DNA of 64,000 bases, taken from positions 1,736,001-1,800,000 of the forward strand of contig CATNEN010000034.1 of assembly GCA_950097015.1 (NCBI GenBank), read 5' to 3'. The stretch is from Macrostomum hystrix. Its lineage: Eukaryota; Animalia; Platyhelminthes. Below, in pieces: positions 48,950-63,069 of this stretch (positions are counted from its first letter, which is position 1; each line of letters begins with the position of its first letter). Both the position numbers and the translations under genes were made by a program. The notes beneath the pieces were generated by a model that made no database searches, was not told the DNA's origin, and was given only the letters and a program-made list of their open reading frames with translations.

Positions 48950-50918
48950 CCATTAGTTAGGCGGGAGCGAGTGTACGTTGAGGCCGAGTGAAGGTTCTAG
49001 GCTTAGTTGGGCGGGAGCGAGTGTACGTTGAGGTCGAGTGAAGGTTCCAGGCTTAGTTGGGCGGGAGCGAGTGTACGTTGAGGCCGAGTGAAGGTTCTAG
49101 GCTTAGTTGGGCGGGAGCGAGTGTACGTTGAGGCCGAGTGAAGGTTCCAGGCTTAGTTGGGCGGGAGCGAGTGTACGTTGAGGCCGAGTGAAGGTTCTAG
49201 GCTTAGTTGGGCGGGAGCGAGTGTACGTTGAGGCCGAGTGAAGGTTCCAGGGTTAGTTGGGCAGGAGCGAGTGTACATAGAGGCCGAGTGAAGGTTCCAG
49301 GCTTAGTTGGGCGGGAGTGAGTGTACGTTGAGGCCGAGTGAAGGTTCTAGGCTTAGTTGGGCGGGAGCGAGTGTACGTGGAGGCCGAGTGAAGGTTCCAG
49401 GCTTAGTTGGGCAGGAGCGAGTGTACGTTGAGGCCGAGTGAAGGTTCTAGGCTTAGTTTGGCGGGAGCGAGTGTACGTTGAGGCCGAGTGAAGGTTCTAG
49501 GCTTAGTTGGGCGGGAGCGAGTGTACATAGAGGCCGAGTGAAGGTTCTAGGCTTAGTTGGGCGGGAGCGAGTGTACGTTGAGGTCGAGTGAAGGTTCTAG
49601 GCTTAGTTGGGCGGGAGCGAGTGTATATTGAGGTCGAGTGAAGGTTCTAGGCTTAGTTGGGCGGGAGCGAGTGTACATAGAGGCCGAGTGAAGGTTCTAG
49701 GCTTAGTTGGGCGGGAGCGAGTGTACGTTGAGGTCGAGTGAAGGTTCTAGGCTTAGTTGGGCGGGAGCGAGTGTACGTTGAGGTCGAGTGAAGGTTCTAG
49801 GCTTAGTTGGGCGGGAGCGAGTGTACGTTGAGGCCGAGTGAAGGTTCTAGGCTTAGTTGGGCGGGAGCGAGTGTACGTTGAGGCCGAGTGAAGGTTCTAG
49901 GCTTAGTTGGGCGGGAGCGAGTGTACATAGAGGCCGAGTGAAGGTTCTAGGCTTAGTTGGGCGGGAGCGAGTGTACGTTGAGGTCGAGTGAAGGTTCTAG
50001 GCTTAGTTGGGCGGGAGCGAGTGTATATTGAGGTCGAGTGAAGGTTCTAGGCTTAGTTGGGCGGGAGCGAGTGTACATAGAGGCTGAGTAAAGGTTCTAG
50101 GCTTAGTTGGGCGGGAGCGAGTGTACGTTGAGGCCGAGTGAAGGTTCTAGGCTTAGTTGGGCGGGAGCGAGTGTACATAGAGGCTGAGTGAAGGTTCTAG
50201 GCTTAGTTGGGCGGGAGCGAGTGTACGTTGAGGCCGAGTGAAGGTTCTAGGCTTAGTTGGGCGGGAGCGAGTGTACATAGAGGTCGAGTGAAGGTTCCAG
50301 GCTTAGTTAGGCGGGAGCGAGTGTACGTTGAGGTCGAGTGAAGGTTCTAGGCTTAGTTGGGCGGGAGCGAGTGTACGTTGAGGTCGAGTGAAGGTTCTAG
50401 GCTTAGTTGGGCGGGAGCGAGTGTACGTTGAGGTCGAGTGAAGGTTCTAGGCTTAGTTGGGCGGGAGCGAGTGTACATAGAGGCCGAGTGAAGGTTCTAG
50501 GCTTAGTTGGGCGGGAGCGAGTGTACGTTGAGGTCGAGTGAAGGTTCTAGGCTTAGTTGGGCGGGAGCGAGTGTACATAGAGGTCGAGTGAAGGTTCTAG
50601 GCTTAGTTGGGCGGGAGCGAGTGTACATTGAGGCCTAGTGAAGTTCTAGGCTTAGTTGGGCGGGAGCGAGTGTAAATTGAGGCCGAGTGAAGTTCTAAGC
50701 TTAGATGGGCGGGAGCTAGTGTACATAGAGGCCGAGTGAAGGTTCTAGGCTTAGTTGGGCGGGAGCGAGTGTACATAGAGGCCGAGTGAAGGTTCTAAGC
50801 TTAGTTGGGCGGGAGCGAGTGTACGTTGAGGTCGAGTGAAGGTTCTAGGCTTAGTTGGGCGGGAGCGAGTGTACGTTGAGGCCGAGTGAAGGTTCTAGGC
50901 TTAGTTGGGCGGGAGTAG
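48950..50918. repeat. 50-bp minisatellite, largest uninterrupted array in the window
   Basis: About 39 copies of gcttagttgggcgggagcgagtgtacgttgaggccgagtgaaggttctag. Confidence 0.97.
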
Positions 50919-51763
50919 TATACATTGTTATTTAAAATGCTGTTCGGGAAACAGCCAATCATTTGACTTGTATTTTAATGTCTTCGATGCGAGACAGCGG
51001 AATTCTATGCGCTCTCCAAGTCATGTAATTTTCAGAAATGGAAAGCAACAGCAAAATTTAAATAGCAGCTCAAAAGAAGCCTCGTCAAACAAAGCAAAAA
51101 AGCTGAAATCGGATTGGCAATAAATTGTAAAGCGGTGACAGTACAGACTTGCAGTTTTTGCGGAATTAGTTAGATATATGTTTACGTAGCCATAAATCAG
51201 GACACCACAAAGCGGTATTTGGATCTATGCGCATAGTTAAATAAAATATATAATATATTATTCATTAATTCTTAGTTTAGAGCTGGAAAGCGTTGTAAGT
51301 TTTAGACGAATAGATACAGCGGCGAAGTGAACAAAAAATTGTTAAAGCAATTAAAACGAGTTTTGTGACTTTTATTGATAAGACCAACTGCTTCATGCCT
51401 GGTATATGAAGGTACGCAGGTAAAACGCTGGTGCTACATGGATGTCAGACAGGTTGTCAGGCAATACTAGCTCGTACTAGAATAAAAACTAATAAAAACG
51501 ATTCATAAGCAGGAACAGCAGAGAAAACCCGGAGTGAATATACTAATTTCTTAAATAAAAAGTCGTTATAAAACAATTTCTGTCGGCATATTTTCAAACC
51601 GATTCAAATCGTCGGGCTTAACAGCAGGTTAAAGTAAAATAAAATAAATCACAGGGAATTCCTTTGCTTCTGTTATTATGATTATAAAAGAGTGCAGATT
51701 AACAAAAATAGACAATCGATTACGTAGACAGCTCCAAATTTACACTGTCGCTGTCAGTTTCGT

Positions 51764-54668
51764 TCAAACAATTTCGTACAGTTCCACGCCTGGACTGGCT
51801 GCCGACACAGCGGCGCCATCGTTGTCGCTATTGGCAACGCCTGCAATAGGTGCCAACCGCTGCTGCTGATTGTCTTTAATGTTCGGAGTAGAGTCAGCCC
51901 CCGCTGAATCTTTAGGACTCAGGAGAGCTGGGGAAGGGACAGAGGCGGCGGCAGCGGCGGCCAACTCGGCATCCAGCAGTTGAATGTAAGCGCCGTAGCG
52001 CACCAGCTCATGCTGCAGGAAGGCTACGTGACGCTGCAGCTCAGCTCCGCCAATCTGGCAGGCGGGAGCTGCCGGACTGCCTGGCGCAGCTGACGTTGGC
52101 GTTGAACCCGATGACAAAGCGGTTGACGAAGAAGTGGAGGCGGTGCCAGAACGGCCGCGAAACGACTGCAGTTCTTTTTCAACTGAGGCGGCCTGGTAGA
52201 GACAGATATTGTTTCTTAAAGTTAAGCTCAGATTCTTACTAAGATTCGCGTTCCTAAGCTCGTACAGGTATTTACCTCCAACCAGACATTGTGACAGGCT
52301 CTAAACATTCTCTCAGACATTGTGACAGGCACTAAACCTTCATTCAGATATTGTGACAGGCACTAAACATTCTCAGACATTGTGACAGGCACTAAACCTT
52401 CACTCAGACATTGTGACAGGCACTAAACATTCTCTCAGACATTGTGACAGGCACTAAACATTCTCAGACATTGTGACAGGCACTAAACATTCTCTCAGAC
52501 ATTGTGACAGGCACTAAACATTCTCTCAGACATTGTGACAGGCACTAAACATTCTCTCAGACATTGTGACAGGCACTAAACATTCTCTCAGACATTGTGA
52601 CAGGCACAAAAACCTCCACTCAGACATTGTGACAGGCACTAAACGTTCACTCAGACATTGTGACAGGCACAAAAACCTCCACTCAGACATTGTGACAGGC
52701 ACTAAACATTCTCTCAGACATTGCTACGGGCACATTTAACCTCGTTTAAGACATTGTGACAGGAGTAAACAATCATCAAAGTTTATCCACAGGCAGTTAA
52801 ACCTGGGGCTGCTAGCCTCCCACCTGTTCCTTATGCTTGGCGAGCTGTTCTGTGGCGGTCAGGCTGGTGGGCACGGAGGGCAGCAGAGGCCGGGGATAGG
52901 AGCTGTTCAGCTGGCTGCCAACAGGAGCCGGCAGGGCGGGCGCGGATAGCAGGGCGGCGGTTCGATTCACGGTTTCAACCCAGGCGTCGGCGTCAGCCTG
53001 AGACGAGGCCTGGAGCAGCAACTCGGCGCCGATAGCCAGACGGAGTCGCCAAACATGGCGCCGTTTTGTATACTCAGGCGCCAGGCCAGCCAGTGCGTGA
53101 TGAATTCTTAATTCGCCGGCGCCGTCTGGCCAGCTGCTAGATGAATTAGCGGCCGCGGCAGCGGCGGCTGATTCGTCCTTGTGCACACCCAGGCTGAGGT
53201 CTTTCAATACGCAGAACACGCGGCGCCAGGCGCGTCGACCCTTCCGAGTGCGGCGACCGCCGGCGTCGAGGACCTGCGCAATAAATAGGGTGATTGGCCA
53301 ATAACTTGTGCCCGGGTTGCTAGGTTGTAGCCTAGTGGTTAGAGCATCAAACTCACGACACGACTAGAAGGTCGGGGGTTCGATTCTTGACTAGTTAATA
53401 CCCATGTTGTTAGTTTGAAGCCTAGTAATTAGAGATTTAGAGCATAGAACTCACGACGCGACTAAAACGTCAACACACTCCCAGTCTATACACTGAACAG
53501 CCTTACGCAGCCTCATTGTCTCATTGTTCATGATATAAAAGCTCACCTGTTTCCGAACAAGGAAGCCCCGTCTAAATTCGATACCCGGACCCGAGCCGCC
53601 AGCACCGCTTCCGACAGCGTCGCCAGCCATGCCGGGATTGCTGAGTCCCTGACCCTGACTGGCCGCGGCTCCCACTCCAGTTGCCGAATGATTCAATGAT
53701 CCCGGAGACGCAGCCGACGAGCACAACAAAGCGGCGTCTTCGGGCGTCAAGACAGACGCCGCCGACTGAGCGGCAGCGGCTGCGGCCGCAGCCGGGTCTA
53801 GAAGCCCAGCAGCTCCGGCCGGCTGCAGAATTGGCTGAGCCCTAATAGCCTGATAGAGAGATTTCAACACCTCCCTAGGATAGTTTTGACCTTCATTCAG
53901 ATTGGCCAGATTGTCTATGAATTGCTGGCTAGTCATGCGTTGGCCAATAGCACCGTGCAGGTCTTTGTTCAGCAGCAGCAGGGCGCATGCCAGGGTGTGA
54001 CAAGAGTCAGCTGTGGGATAACTGTCTGGATTACAGCGCAGGTAGGATTTGGCAAAGTGCAGCAGCACACGCTCCTGATCTGCCGTCTCGCCTTGCAGGC
54101 AGAATCTACTAAGAAATTTTCTCAAAGCCGTGTCCAAAGTATCGTCGCTGAAGTCGAATAGGGCGGCGTACTCTTCGCCGACTAGCGAATTAAAGTCGTT
54201 CTTGCGCGACAGGTGTTTAGCAACGTCGGTGTGACGAAAGCCTTCGAGCATGTAAAGCCGTTTGGCTAGGCGCCTGGCGGCCTCCCTATCCGCTGCCTTC
54301 GGCGGCTGATGATAGATGCTCTCGGCTAAAGACTCAGAATCCGAGCTGCTGTCCTCCTGGCCATCCGGCGGCGTCCGGGGATCCTCCGGCTCCAAACCGT
54401 TGCAATCAATGACGGACGGCTGGCGAGACACGGACACTAGCTCGTCTTCGTCTTCTTCGCCAACCGGATCGGCGCATGTAACTACAATATCCGGCTGTGG
54501 CGTAGCAGCGGCTGCGGCCGCGGATGTTGCATCGTCCATGTAGCTGAGCCCCTGATCATCTAGCAGCAGTTCCTCGATGGTGGCCTTGGTGGCCTGGGGT
54601 CGCTGGCCATTGCTCCCACCATTGCTTGACTGGTCGGCTTGTGCCATGACTTCCGTTTTTTGTTGCAT
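51764..54668 (-). CDS. PSD: PH and SEC7 domain-containing protein (EFA6/PSD), Arf6 GEF, 3 coding exons
   Basis: Exons 53547-54668, 52824-53273 and 51764-52192, all phase 0. Sec7 motifs ARRLAKRLYML, FDFSDDTLDTALRKFL...LQGETADQERVL and HTLACALLLLNKDLHG. PH domain GFLVRK...RRAWRRVFCVLK...WVETVNRTAA, followed by RPLLPS and a coiled coil ending ELVRYGAYIQLL. Confidence 0.9.
52280..52770. repeat. ~31-bp minisatellite in PSD intron 2
   Basis: About 16 copies of cagacattgtgacaggcactaaacattctct. Confidence 0.93.
53326..53405 (+). mobile_element. SINE family B tRNA-like head in PSD intron 1
   Basis: tgtagcctagtggttagagcatc...aaggtcgggggttcgattc has A and B boxes but cannot form an acceptor stem. Confidence 0.55.
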
Positions 54669-57439
54669 TCAACGTTCAGAAGTCAGACGGAAAGGAGTAA
54701 ACTGAGTTTTTAGGTAGCTAAAATCGATGGGAGATGACAAAACAGGGAATAGGATGTCTGGATGGCCGTTGATTGGTCCGCGACTGGCCCTTACCCTGCG
54801 GCTACAGCTAAATGAGTGCTTCGGCCGCTCGATGCTGCTGGAAATCGATTTTTAAAACCGATATGGCAAACTCTTATTAGTACACAAGCACTGTATGAAT
54901 AGATAGACAATAAATTTAACCTATTTGGGCCTATTTGCAGCTAGTGGCACCAGTTACAGCTATTGCAAGCTGCACATGTAATGCTATAGCTATTTTTATT
55001 GATAACAATTGAACAGACACAGATTGTTACAAAGAGCAGTAAAAAATTCTATCTGTAAATATAGCAATGACAAATCATACCAAATATAGAATGATTAATA
55101 TGACACAAGTAAAATTCAAGTAGAAAATTTAGGCAATTTAAAGGGACAACAACACTATGCCTAGTCTTTTTTCAAGCAATTAGCTATTTACTTGCCATTA
55201 TGAAAACATTGTACAATGAACTGTCGAAGTTTTGCTTAAATTTATGAAGCATTATAATTTGTCCATGCCTTTATGTTTTAGTGTTCCATTAGGCCTATAT
55301 CAATGTGCACTGATGCAATAACTACTGGTATCCAGACAATTTGCCTGTTATTGTTACACTTATCTTGATAGCTAGCTACACTCCTGTCAATGTTACTTAT
55401 AATTTAATTAGCTATCTACTAACTTCAGAAACACTAAAATTAAGTCATAAATAAATCCTTGCTATTTATCTACTCCGTTATTAATTAAAGCATCTACAGT
55501 TCAGAAAACATAGATAATACTTGTTTAGGACAACATAAAACCCAAGTTGAAAATATAGAACTTTTTGTTATATTCATCACAGTTAAACTAAATGCAATAT
55601 CTAGTTTGCTGTGTAAAACTTTCTAGGTTTATTTTATACTTTTTCAACCAATTTGTGTAATAAATTTTATGGTTAGAAAAGCATTAAATATTTTTATTAG
55701 AACTAATACTAGTTATAATAAACAATCTTAAAACCAAGATATTATCCAAAATAGAGAGATTCCTTATGCTGCTTTAAAAAATGATGGTCGTTTTTTGAAA
55801 CAAACAACCATCAATCCAATGACCGTCATCTAAGAAAAAACATGCAACACACTTAAAACTGGCCACTACAATGTGAAATTTGTTTATAACTGTTCATGTA
55901 GCTATTGTTTACTACAACAAATAATTGGTTGTGACAAAAACTTGCCTGATTCTCAGGAATCTTGAAATTACGTTGAAAATTTGAATAGGTCTATGTCAAC
56001 TTTCACCAAAAATTACCATCATTGAAAGTTTCTGTCTACTACATTAACACAGTAAATAAATTTACTTTAAAATGTTTATTATCATAATCTAGAGGTCACG
56101 CCCATCAATATAGAACATACAAAGTCTCGAGTTATTTTGTCTTTGGTACAAATAATGATTCGGCTATTATGTACACCAACACAATGACTGTCATCTCATG
56201 GAATTAGCCTGTTTCTTAATTGAATCTGCAATATATTTAGAATTCATAAAATAATGTGTCAATTTATAACATAAGGTCATGGACCAAATCGACTCATAAG
56301 TGTTTGATAAACAATTGTTTGATGGAACAATAGGGGCCCTATCAATATATCACAGAAAGAATAAAGCCATACAATACTAGGCCTAGCCTAATAAGTACCA
56401 TTTTTATAGAAATTTCAGTTTCAAATCCGAGTTCTTAAAAACTAGCCCCCTAAAGCAGAATTTTAGATTTTTTGTGTAGTGTTAGTGTTCTATAGCTAAT
56501 AGCAGTCTATTTGGTCCATTGGGATATGTTGTGGTGATCAGTGAGGCAGACGCGGCAGACACAAGTGTCTTTTGTACTTAACGTTAGCATACAATACAAT
56601 ACATCCGTTAGCAGCGGAGCTTACTATAAGTTGGTTCCAATAAAGTGACTCGAGCTGTCTCTGTACCTTCATTTAGCCTGCGTGTTTAGATTTCTATAAA
56701 GATAATCACAGAACTAAAATAAGTTCGTGGTCATTACGCAAACATCCAATTATTTTGTTCCTTTTCATCGAAAGTTAACGATAAAAATGTATTCGACGAT
56801 TTATGTTGTTACCTGAAGGTGGGGTGTCGTTATTTTTATCATTGGGGTTGCGAAATTTTATTCTTTGCAGACTTCATTAACCAATTATTGTGTATCATCT
56901 CTTTTATGTGGCGCAATATTATCTTTCAAGAAAAGGTGTTTATATTTTATTATAGTCGAGACACACTTTTAAGCGAAGATTTGAAGTTTACGAAGTTCTT
57001 ATTTTATTTTTAAAATTGCGTGTGACAGACTAGTCAACTACTTATTTAAATATTATTCGCTCTTTAATGAATTAGTCTATATTTTATATTGAATTGATCA
57101 TATTTGTCAGAATAATTCATAATATCACCATACTTACTCTCATACATAGTTCTGTTCTATAACAGTGCGCGTCGGGCGTGCTCCTCTACGACTTATACTG
57201 CTATTAGGCTATGACTTCTATAGCTATATGGGCATATGGCCATATGAAGCAGTGAAAAATGCATCATAAGTAAATTTATTTTTAGTACATTTCCGAAGGC
57301 TGTTTAGCTTAAGCAAAAGGCTCACAGAATTAGAGTTTGAACAGACGTGAATTTTTTTCATTTGATTCATAGAAACTTTTCAGAATTTTGAAAGGTATTG
57401 ATTTGTGATTGTGATAGGGAAATTATGATTCATAGTTCA

Positions 57440-58440
57440 TTGGGAAACAGTCCATTTCGGCGACATACCATTTCGGCGACAACCATTTCGGCGACAAGTC
57501 ATTTCGGCGACAACCATTTCGGCGACAAAACTTTTGAAGCCGTGGAACAAATTTATTTTATTTATATATATTTTTTACTTTTATTTAAATCGAATAAAAG
57601 AAGTCACAAATCCGTCAAATCGGCAGAAGCACAGAACAAATCGGCAACAAATGCACTGTGATCTCGATTAGATCTATAATGAGAATGAGATAGAATGAGA
57701 GAATGAGAGAATGAGAGATCAGCCGCAGAGATAACGAGAGAGAAAGAACTTAGAACTAGACTGAACTGGACGATGTAAACAAGAAAAGTGCAGAGAACGA
57801 AAGAGTGAATAGAGGACAGAAGGCAGAGACGAAAGTTGTGACAGCACTTCTACCTGTGTAGAATAACGAAGTAGATAACAAACATGTTAGTTATAAAATA
57901 TTGGTGACGGCAAACGATGCTACTTATAAGTAAGACAGGTGAGGTTGACACACATAGAGTGCGGACCAAACTGATCCAAACTCGCTATTTATATTACATG
58001 GTAAAACAAATACTATAACAGGAATACATTAACAAGTAGAACAATCAAATACATTACATACTCAATAAGCAAACACTATCAGATCCATACATGCGCAACA
58101 CCCGGCCGACCCGGCCGAACCGGCCGGGTGAAACAAGGGCCAAGCAAGGTAAGTCGCAAAAACCAATAGACCAAGCGCAAAAAAATCAAAGGGGGGACCA
58201 AGGGACAAAAAAGGAAGGCGTGAAGAAAAGGAAAAAGGGGAGAGAAAAAGAGAGCAAATGAGAGCAAACTAAGTCGTAAATAGAGCAATGAAATGAACTA
58301 AGTCGCAAATGAGAGCAAAAACTAAGTCGCACGGCCGGCTAAGATTTGGGAGGTTGCACATGTATGATCAGATCCATTATTACTGCGGTTTCGATATTTG
58401 TTGCCAAAGTGGTTGTCGCCGAAATGACTTGTCGCGTAGT
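57440..58440. mobile_element. Remnants of foldback/MULE-like non-autonomous elements
   Basis: Tandem accatttcggcgaca x5 at 57450-57530 and the inverted ttgtcgccgaaatga near 58410. A second, interleaved set of (act)aagtcgca and ccggccg repeats lies at 58100-58335. Ends and TSD are unresolved. Confidence 0.35.
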
Positions 58441-59726
58441 AGTAGTATTTTGGCTTATGCAAACTGCCTGTCATTTTATCATTGGTTTGTTGCGTGTATG
58501 TATGTACAATTTGTTGTTTCTTTCTGCCTGTCAGTTTAGAAGACCATCTAGAGTCACATGACATTTTGTTCTGTTGTGTTCTGGGCTGCATTCTTGCTTG
58601 CAGCCCAGTTGAGGCTTAGTTCTGGCCTTGCTTGCAGGGCAAGTGAGACAGACAGAACATGAGGAGTGGCCTGGCTGGCAGTTCTTTCTATTAGATTTAA
58701 ATAATGCAAAGTACAAAGTTGTTGGCAGAAAGGTAGGATGAGCAAACACTCTGTCACCAAAGGAACAGGCATCCAAGGGAGAGAGGTACCCCACAGCCAG
58801 TTTTCTCCTGTTTCTGGGCAGCCATGGGATTGCTATCCTTTGTGTGTTCTAAACTTTTTATGACCTTTTTTATAGTGCTTCATAAACCTATTTAGTCTGT
58901 ATGTATAGTATTGATTAATAGTCTCATATGATATGCCTTTTTTCAAGAGTAATCCATTTTGTTAGAAGCAAAGTTTGTTTGGGCCAGTGCATCAAAATTT
59001 GAACACTCAAATCTCAAATAAGCAAACTAAAACATTATAAACAAATTTAGCTATCAATAAATAAAGCAATAAAACAATATACACCAACAAAAACACTAGA
59101 ATCAATCAGGCCAATTTTCATTTTAACAAGAATTTGATTTGATACAGTTATTAGGCATTCATGTTTACTATTTTCAATTGAAGTCTCTATTTGAAGAATT
59201 TGTTGCAAATGTTGCTAATTTATAGATTTCAGACATGGTGCGTAATGGACTCCTATTTTCATCTGTTTCATTTCAGTAACTGTGAAATGCTGTAGCAATT
59301 AATTGGAGCTGAAAATGAAAAAAATGGATGATTTGAACACATTAGTAAAGAGTTAAAAACTTTTTTAAATATCAATACAGAGGCTTGTTTATAATAGCCA
59401 TCAAATAATTTCATAATATATAATTGTCACAAGTCACAAAATTGTGATCATATCCAATCTCTACACAGAAGTGTCCAAAAGCAGTGATAATTTTCAATTA
59501 GAGTTACTTTTTTGTTGTAACCATATGGTAATACTTTTTGCTAGTGAAGCTATTGCAATACTGGCAATACAGGTGAGCCAAATATAAGCCTTGAAATTGT
59601 CAGAAGTAGATAAGGAAACTTTTCTCTTTATCTTAAATAAATTTTATTTTATTTTATTGGCTTGCGCTTTTGAACAATGTGTTATTTGAATCTTTCAGAA
59701 AAATAACAATATAACAACAGATAACA

Positions 59727-61796
59727 ATGCCAGACGCCACAGCCGCACTGCAAGATTCTAAGAAGAAGAAGGCGGCAGCAGTTGCCGAGCCTAAGAAGAA
59801 GCGAGCCAGGCAGCGCAGCGGCTCGGCTAGCAGCGGTTCCTCAGGTTCCTCGTCTGAGGACAGCGACGCCAGCTCTTCGTCCTCTTCCTCCGGCTCCAGC
59901 TCGGATTCGTCGGCGTCTTCTTCAACTTCATCTTCTTCTTCTGGCTCCGGTTCGGCTAGTTCGGCCTCTTCGTCGGCTGGCAGTCGCTCGTCGACGTCTT
60001 CGTCCAGCAGCGCCTCCTCTGCGGCGCGTCGACGTAAGCGTCCTGAGCAGGCGGCTGCAGTCAGGAAGGACAAGGCCTCGAAGCCCCAAGCGAAGCAGTC
60101 GCAGGAGCAGCATCAGCGCGAGTCGCGGAAGCCCAAAAGAGACTCAGCTGAAGCGGCCGGGAACGGCAGAGCCGCTGAGCCGCCTGCCGCCACCCGGATA
60201 CGCGTCACCCAGCTCAGCCGCAACGTGTCGCGCGCGCACGTTGAAGAAATCTTTGGCACCTTCGGGCGCATCAAATCCGTTGATATGCCAACCGAGAAGC
60301 TGCACCCTGAGTGTATTCGCGGCTTCGCGCTGATCGACTTCGCCAACGCGGCCGAGGCCGCCGAAGCTGTTAAAAGAATGGATGGCGGTCAGGTGGACGG
60401 GCAGGAGGTTTGTAATAATCTCTTAAATCCCAATCCTAAATTCATAGAATATCTTAGATCCCAACCCTAAATTTATAGAGAATATCTTAGATCCCAACCC
60501 TAAATTCATAGAATATCTTAGATCCCAATCCTAAATTCATAGAATCTCTTAGATCCCAATCCTAAATTCATAGAATCTCTTAGATCCCAATCCTAAATTC
60601 ATAGAATCTCTTAGATCCCAATCCTAAATTCATAGAATATCTTAGATCCCAACCCTAAATTCATAGAATATCTTAGATCCCAATCCTAAATTTATAGAAT
60701 ATCTTAGATCCCGACCCTAAATTCATAGAATCTCTTAGATCCCAATCCTAAATTTATAGAATATCTTAGATCCCAACCCTAAATTCATGGAATCTCTTAG
60801 ATCCCAATCCTAAATTCATAGAATATCTTAGATCCCAACCCTAAAATCATAGATATTCATAGAATATCTTAGATCCCAACCCTAAATTTATAGAATGTCT
60901 TAGATCCCAACCCTAAATTCATGGAATCTCTTAGATCCCAACCCTAAATTCATGGAATCTCTTAGATCCCAATCCTAAATTCATAGAATCTCTTAGATCC
61001 CAACCCTAAATTTATAGAATCTCTTAGATGCCAATCCTATTTTTATAGTATCTGTTAGATCCCAACCCTAAATTCATAGAATATCTTAGATCCAAATCCT
61101 AAATTCATAGAATCTCTTAGATCCCAATCCTAAATTTATAGAATATCTTAGATGCCAATCCTAAATTTATAGAATATCTTAGATGCCAATCCTAAATTTA
61201 TAGAATATCTTAGATGCCAATCCTAATTTTATAGAATCTGTTAGATGCTAATCCTATTTTTATAGAATCTGTTAGATCCAAATCCTAAATTCACAGCATC
61301 TCTTAAATACCGATCTTAAATGTACGAGCTATATTATCAATTAGATCCCGATCCTAAATATCATCACTAACTAAAATCCCTTAGTTTGTGAATGCAATAA
61401 CGAATAGAGCAAAACAAACTAGATTTTTTTATTGTTAAAAACAAATCCTTATGCTCATGAAACGCCTTAACTCGCATTAAATGTAATTGTAAGCACAACC
61501 GAAAGCAATTTACATTTTTACATTTCTTTTTCCTAACTACTACTTACTGGCTGTGGTAAGTAGTGCCGTTTAAGCATGTCGTTGACCAACGCTCGCTCAA
61601 AATCTGTAATTACAATATCCCCCGCCAGGTGGAAGCTTTCCTGCTGCGCGTCGCCGCAAATCCGGCCCGCTCGCGCTCGCCTTCCGATCGTCGACGAAAG
61701 GATCGGGATCGGGACAGATCCCCGGCGAGGCCACGCAGGCAGCCGCAGCAGCGGTCACCGTCACCGGCCAGGAGGCGTCGACGATCTAGTTCCTAG
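59727..61796 (+). CDS. RNPS1: RNA-binding protein with serine-rich domain 1 (EJC/ASAP component), 2 exons
   Basis: Exons 59727-60407 and 61629-61796, phase 0. Ser-rich N-terminus, RRM TRIRVTQLSRNVSRAHVEEIFGTFGRIKSVDMP...RGFALIDF...MDGGQVDGQE, and an RS/RP-rich C-terminus. Confidence 0.9.
60415..61345. repeat. 31-bp minisatellite in RNPS1 intron
   Basis: About 30 copies of atcttagatcccaatcctaaattcatagaat. Confidence 0.95.
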
Positions 61797-61939
61797 AAAT
61801 TTTTTGTTTGACTGCTTAGAGCATTGATAAGACTGCTTGGAACTTATTAATTTCATGATTTTACAAATCAAAGGCAAAACAATTCTTCTGCGAAATTGTC
61901 TGCATTTTCTTAGAACCATTTTCGAAGGATTGAAATTTG

Positions 61940-62375
61940 ACTGTCTGCAGATTGTGACTGTCTGACTGAAGATTTTGACTGTCTATCTGCAGATTGTGGC
62001 TGTCTAACTGCAGATTGTGACTGTCTAACTGCAGATTGTGGCTGTCTAACTGCAGATTGTGACTATCTAACTGCAGATTTTGACTGTCTATCTGCAGATT
62101 GTGACTGTCTGACTGCAGATTGTGACTGTCTAACTGCAGATTGTGGCTGTCTAACTGCAGATTGTGACTGCCTAACTGCAGATTGTGACTGTCTAACTGC
62201 AGATTGTGACTGTCTAACTGCAGATTGTGACTGTCTAACTGCAGATTATGACTGTCTGACTGCAGATTATGACTGTCTGACTGCAGATTGTGACTGTCTA
62301 ACTGCAGATTGTGACTGTCTAACTGCAGATTGTGGCTGTCTATCTGCAGATTGTGACTGTGTAACTGCAGATTGG
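61940..62375. repeat. 21-bp minisatellite downstream of RNPS1
   Basis: About 20 copies of tgcagattgtgactgtctaac. Confidence 0.93.
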
Positions 62376-63069
62376 GTTGTTAAAGGGATTCCCTCTATTG
62401 ATGAAACAACTGAGATGGTTTCATAACTTGTTGCTAAACTGATAGCATTCTTACAATCTACTCATAGTAGTATGATGACGCTGCTATTTGCCTAAGAATT
62501 TAGACCAGGGTGTCAAAATAATAATCGATTCCTTTAACTCGATTCTAAGATACAGTAGCTACTACTCTTTTATTAATGCAGCGACTACAACAATAGTTTA
62601 GTGTGCTCAGTGTCTGCCTGTGTCCCAAGGTTTTACTAAAAAATATGTACTTTTGTTTGATTATTATGCCGCACTTTTGTTTCACTTTTAACATCTGTCC
62701 CGCATCCCTGCTCTCTCACTCTTCAAAAAATGATTGAAGTTACTTTATAACTTTTTCTACCAGTTCAGACGTATCGTTACTAATAGTAGGCAGTACGGCA
62801 TGTTATTCTCTTTTTGTGTCCCTCTAACTGCTAATAAGTATCTAGTTTACTTGTTACTTAATAAATGTTGTATGTGCTTAATGCATCAAAGCAAACCAAA
62901 GGTGTGTCCGTTGTAGCAATAAAAGTACTTTTAGAGTTAAAAAAGTACAAGCAAATGCACTTCCGGTGGCTCATAACATGCAAGTTCAAGCGGCCTAATG
63001 ATGATCTCGCATTTTCGTGCCGCCATGTTTGTTATAATTTCCACCTGGCTCAGCGTTTTTGTCTTTGTT

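Noticed and set aside
33545-50918. Regularly spaced repeats resembling CRISPR arrays
   Set aside because: Units are head-to-tail with no unique spacers, there are no cas genes, and the context is eukaryotic.
53326-53405. tRNA gene
   Set aside because: A and B boxes are present, but there is no acceptor stem or coherent anticodon arm. It matches SINE B heads elsewhere. The heads at 1473, 9636 and 26490 are likewise SINE-derived.
59654-60346. Antisense and alternate-frame ORFs over RNPS1 (acidic EEDE-rich protein)
   Set aside because: These are shadows of the Ser-rich, GC-rich RNPS1 exon. The same holds for shadow ORFs over DHCR7 (36392-37255), pol (11704-14055), VDAC, ZPR1, PSD and the polycystin-like exons.
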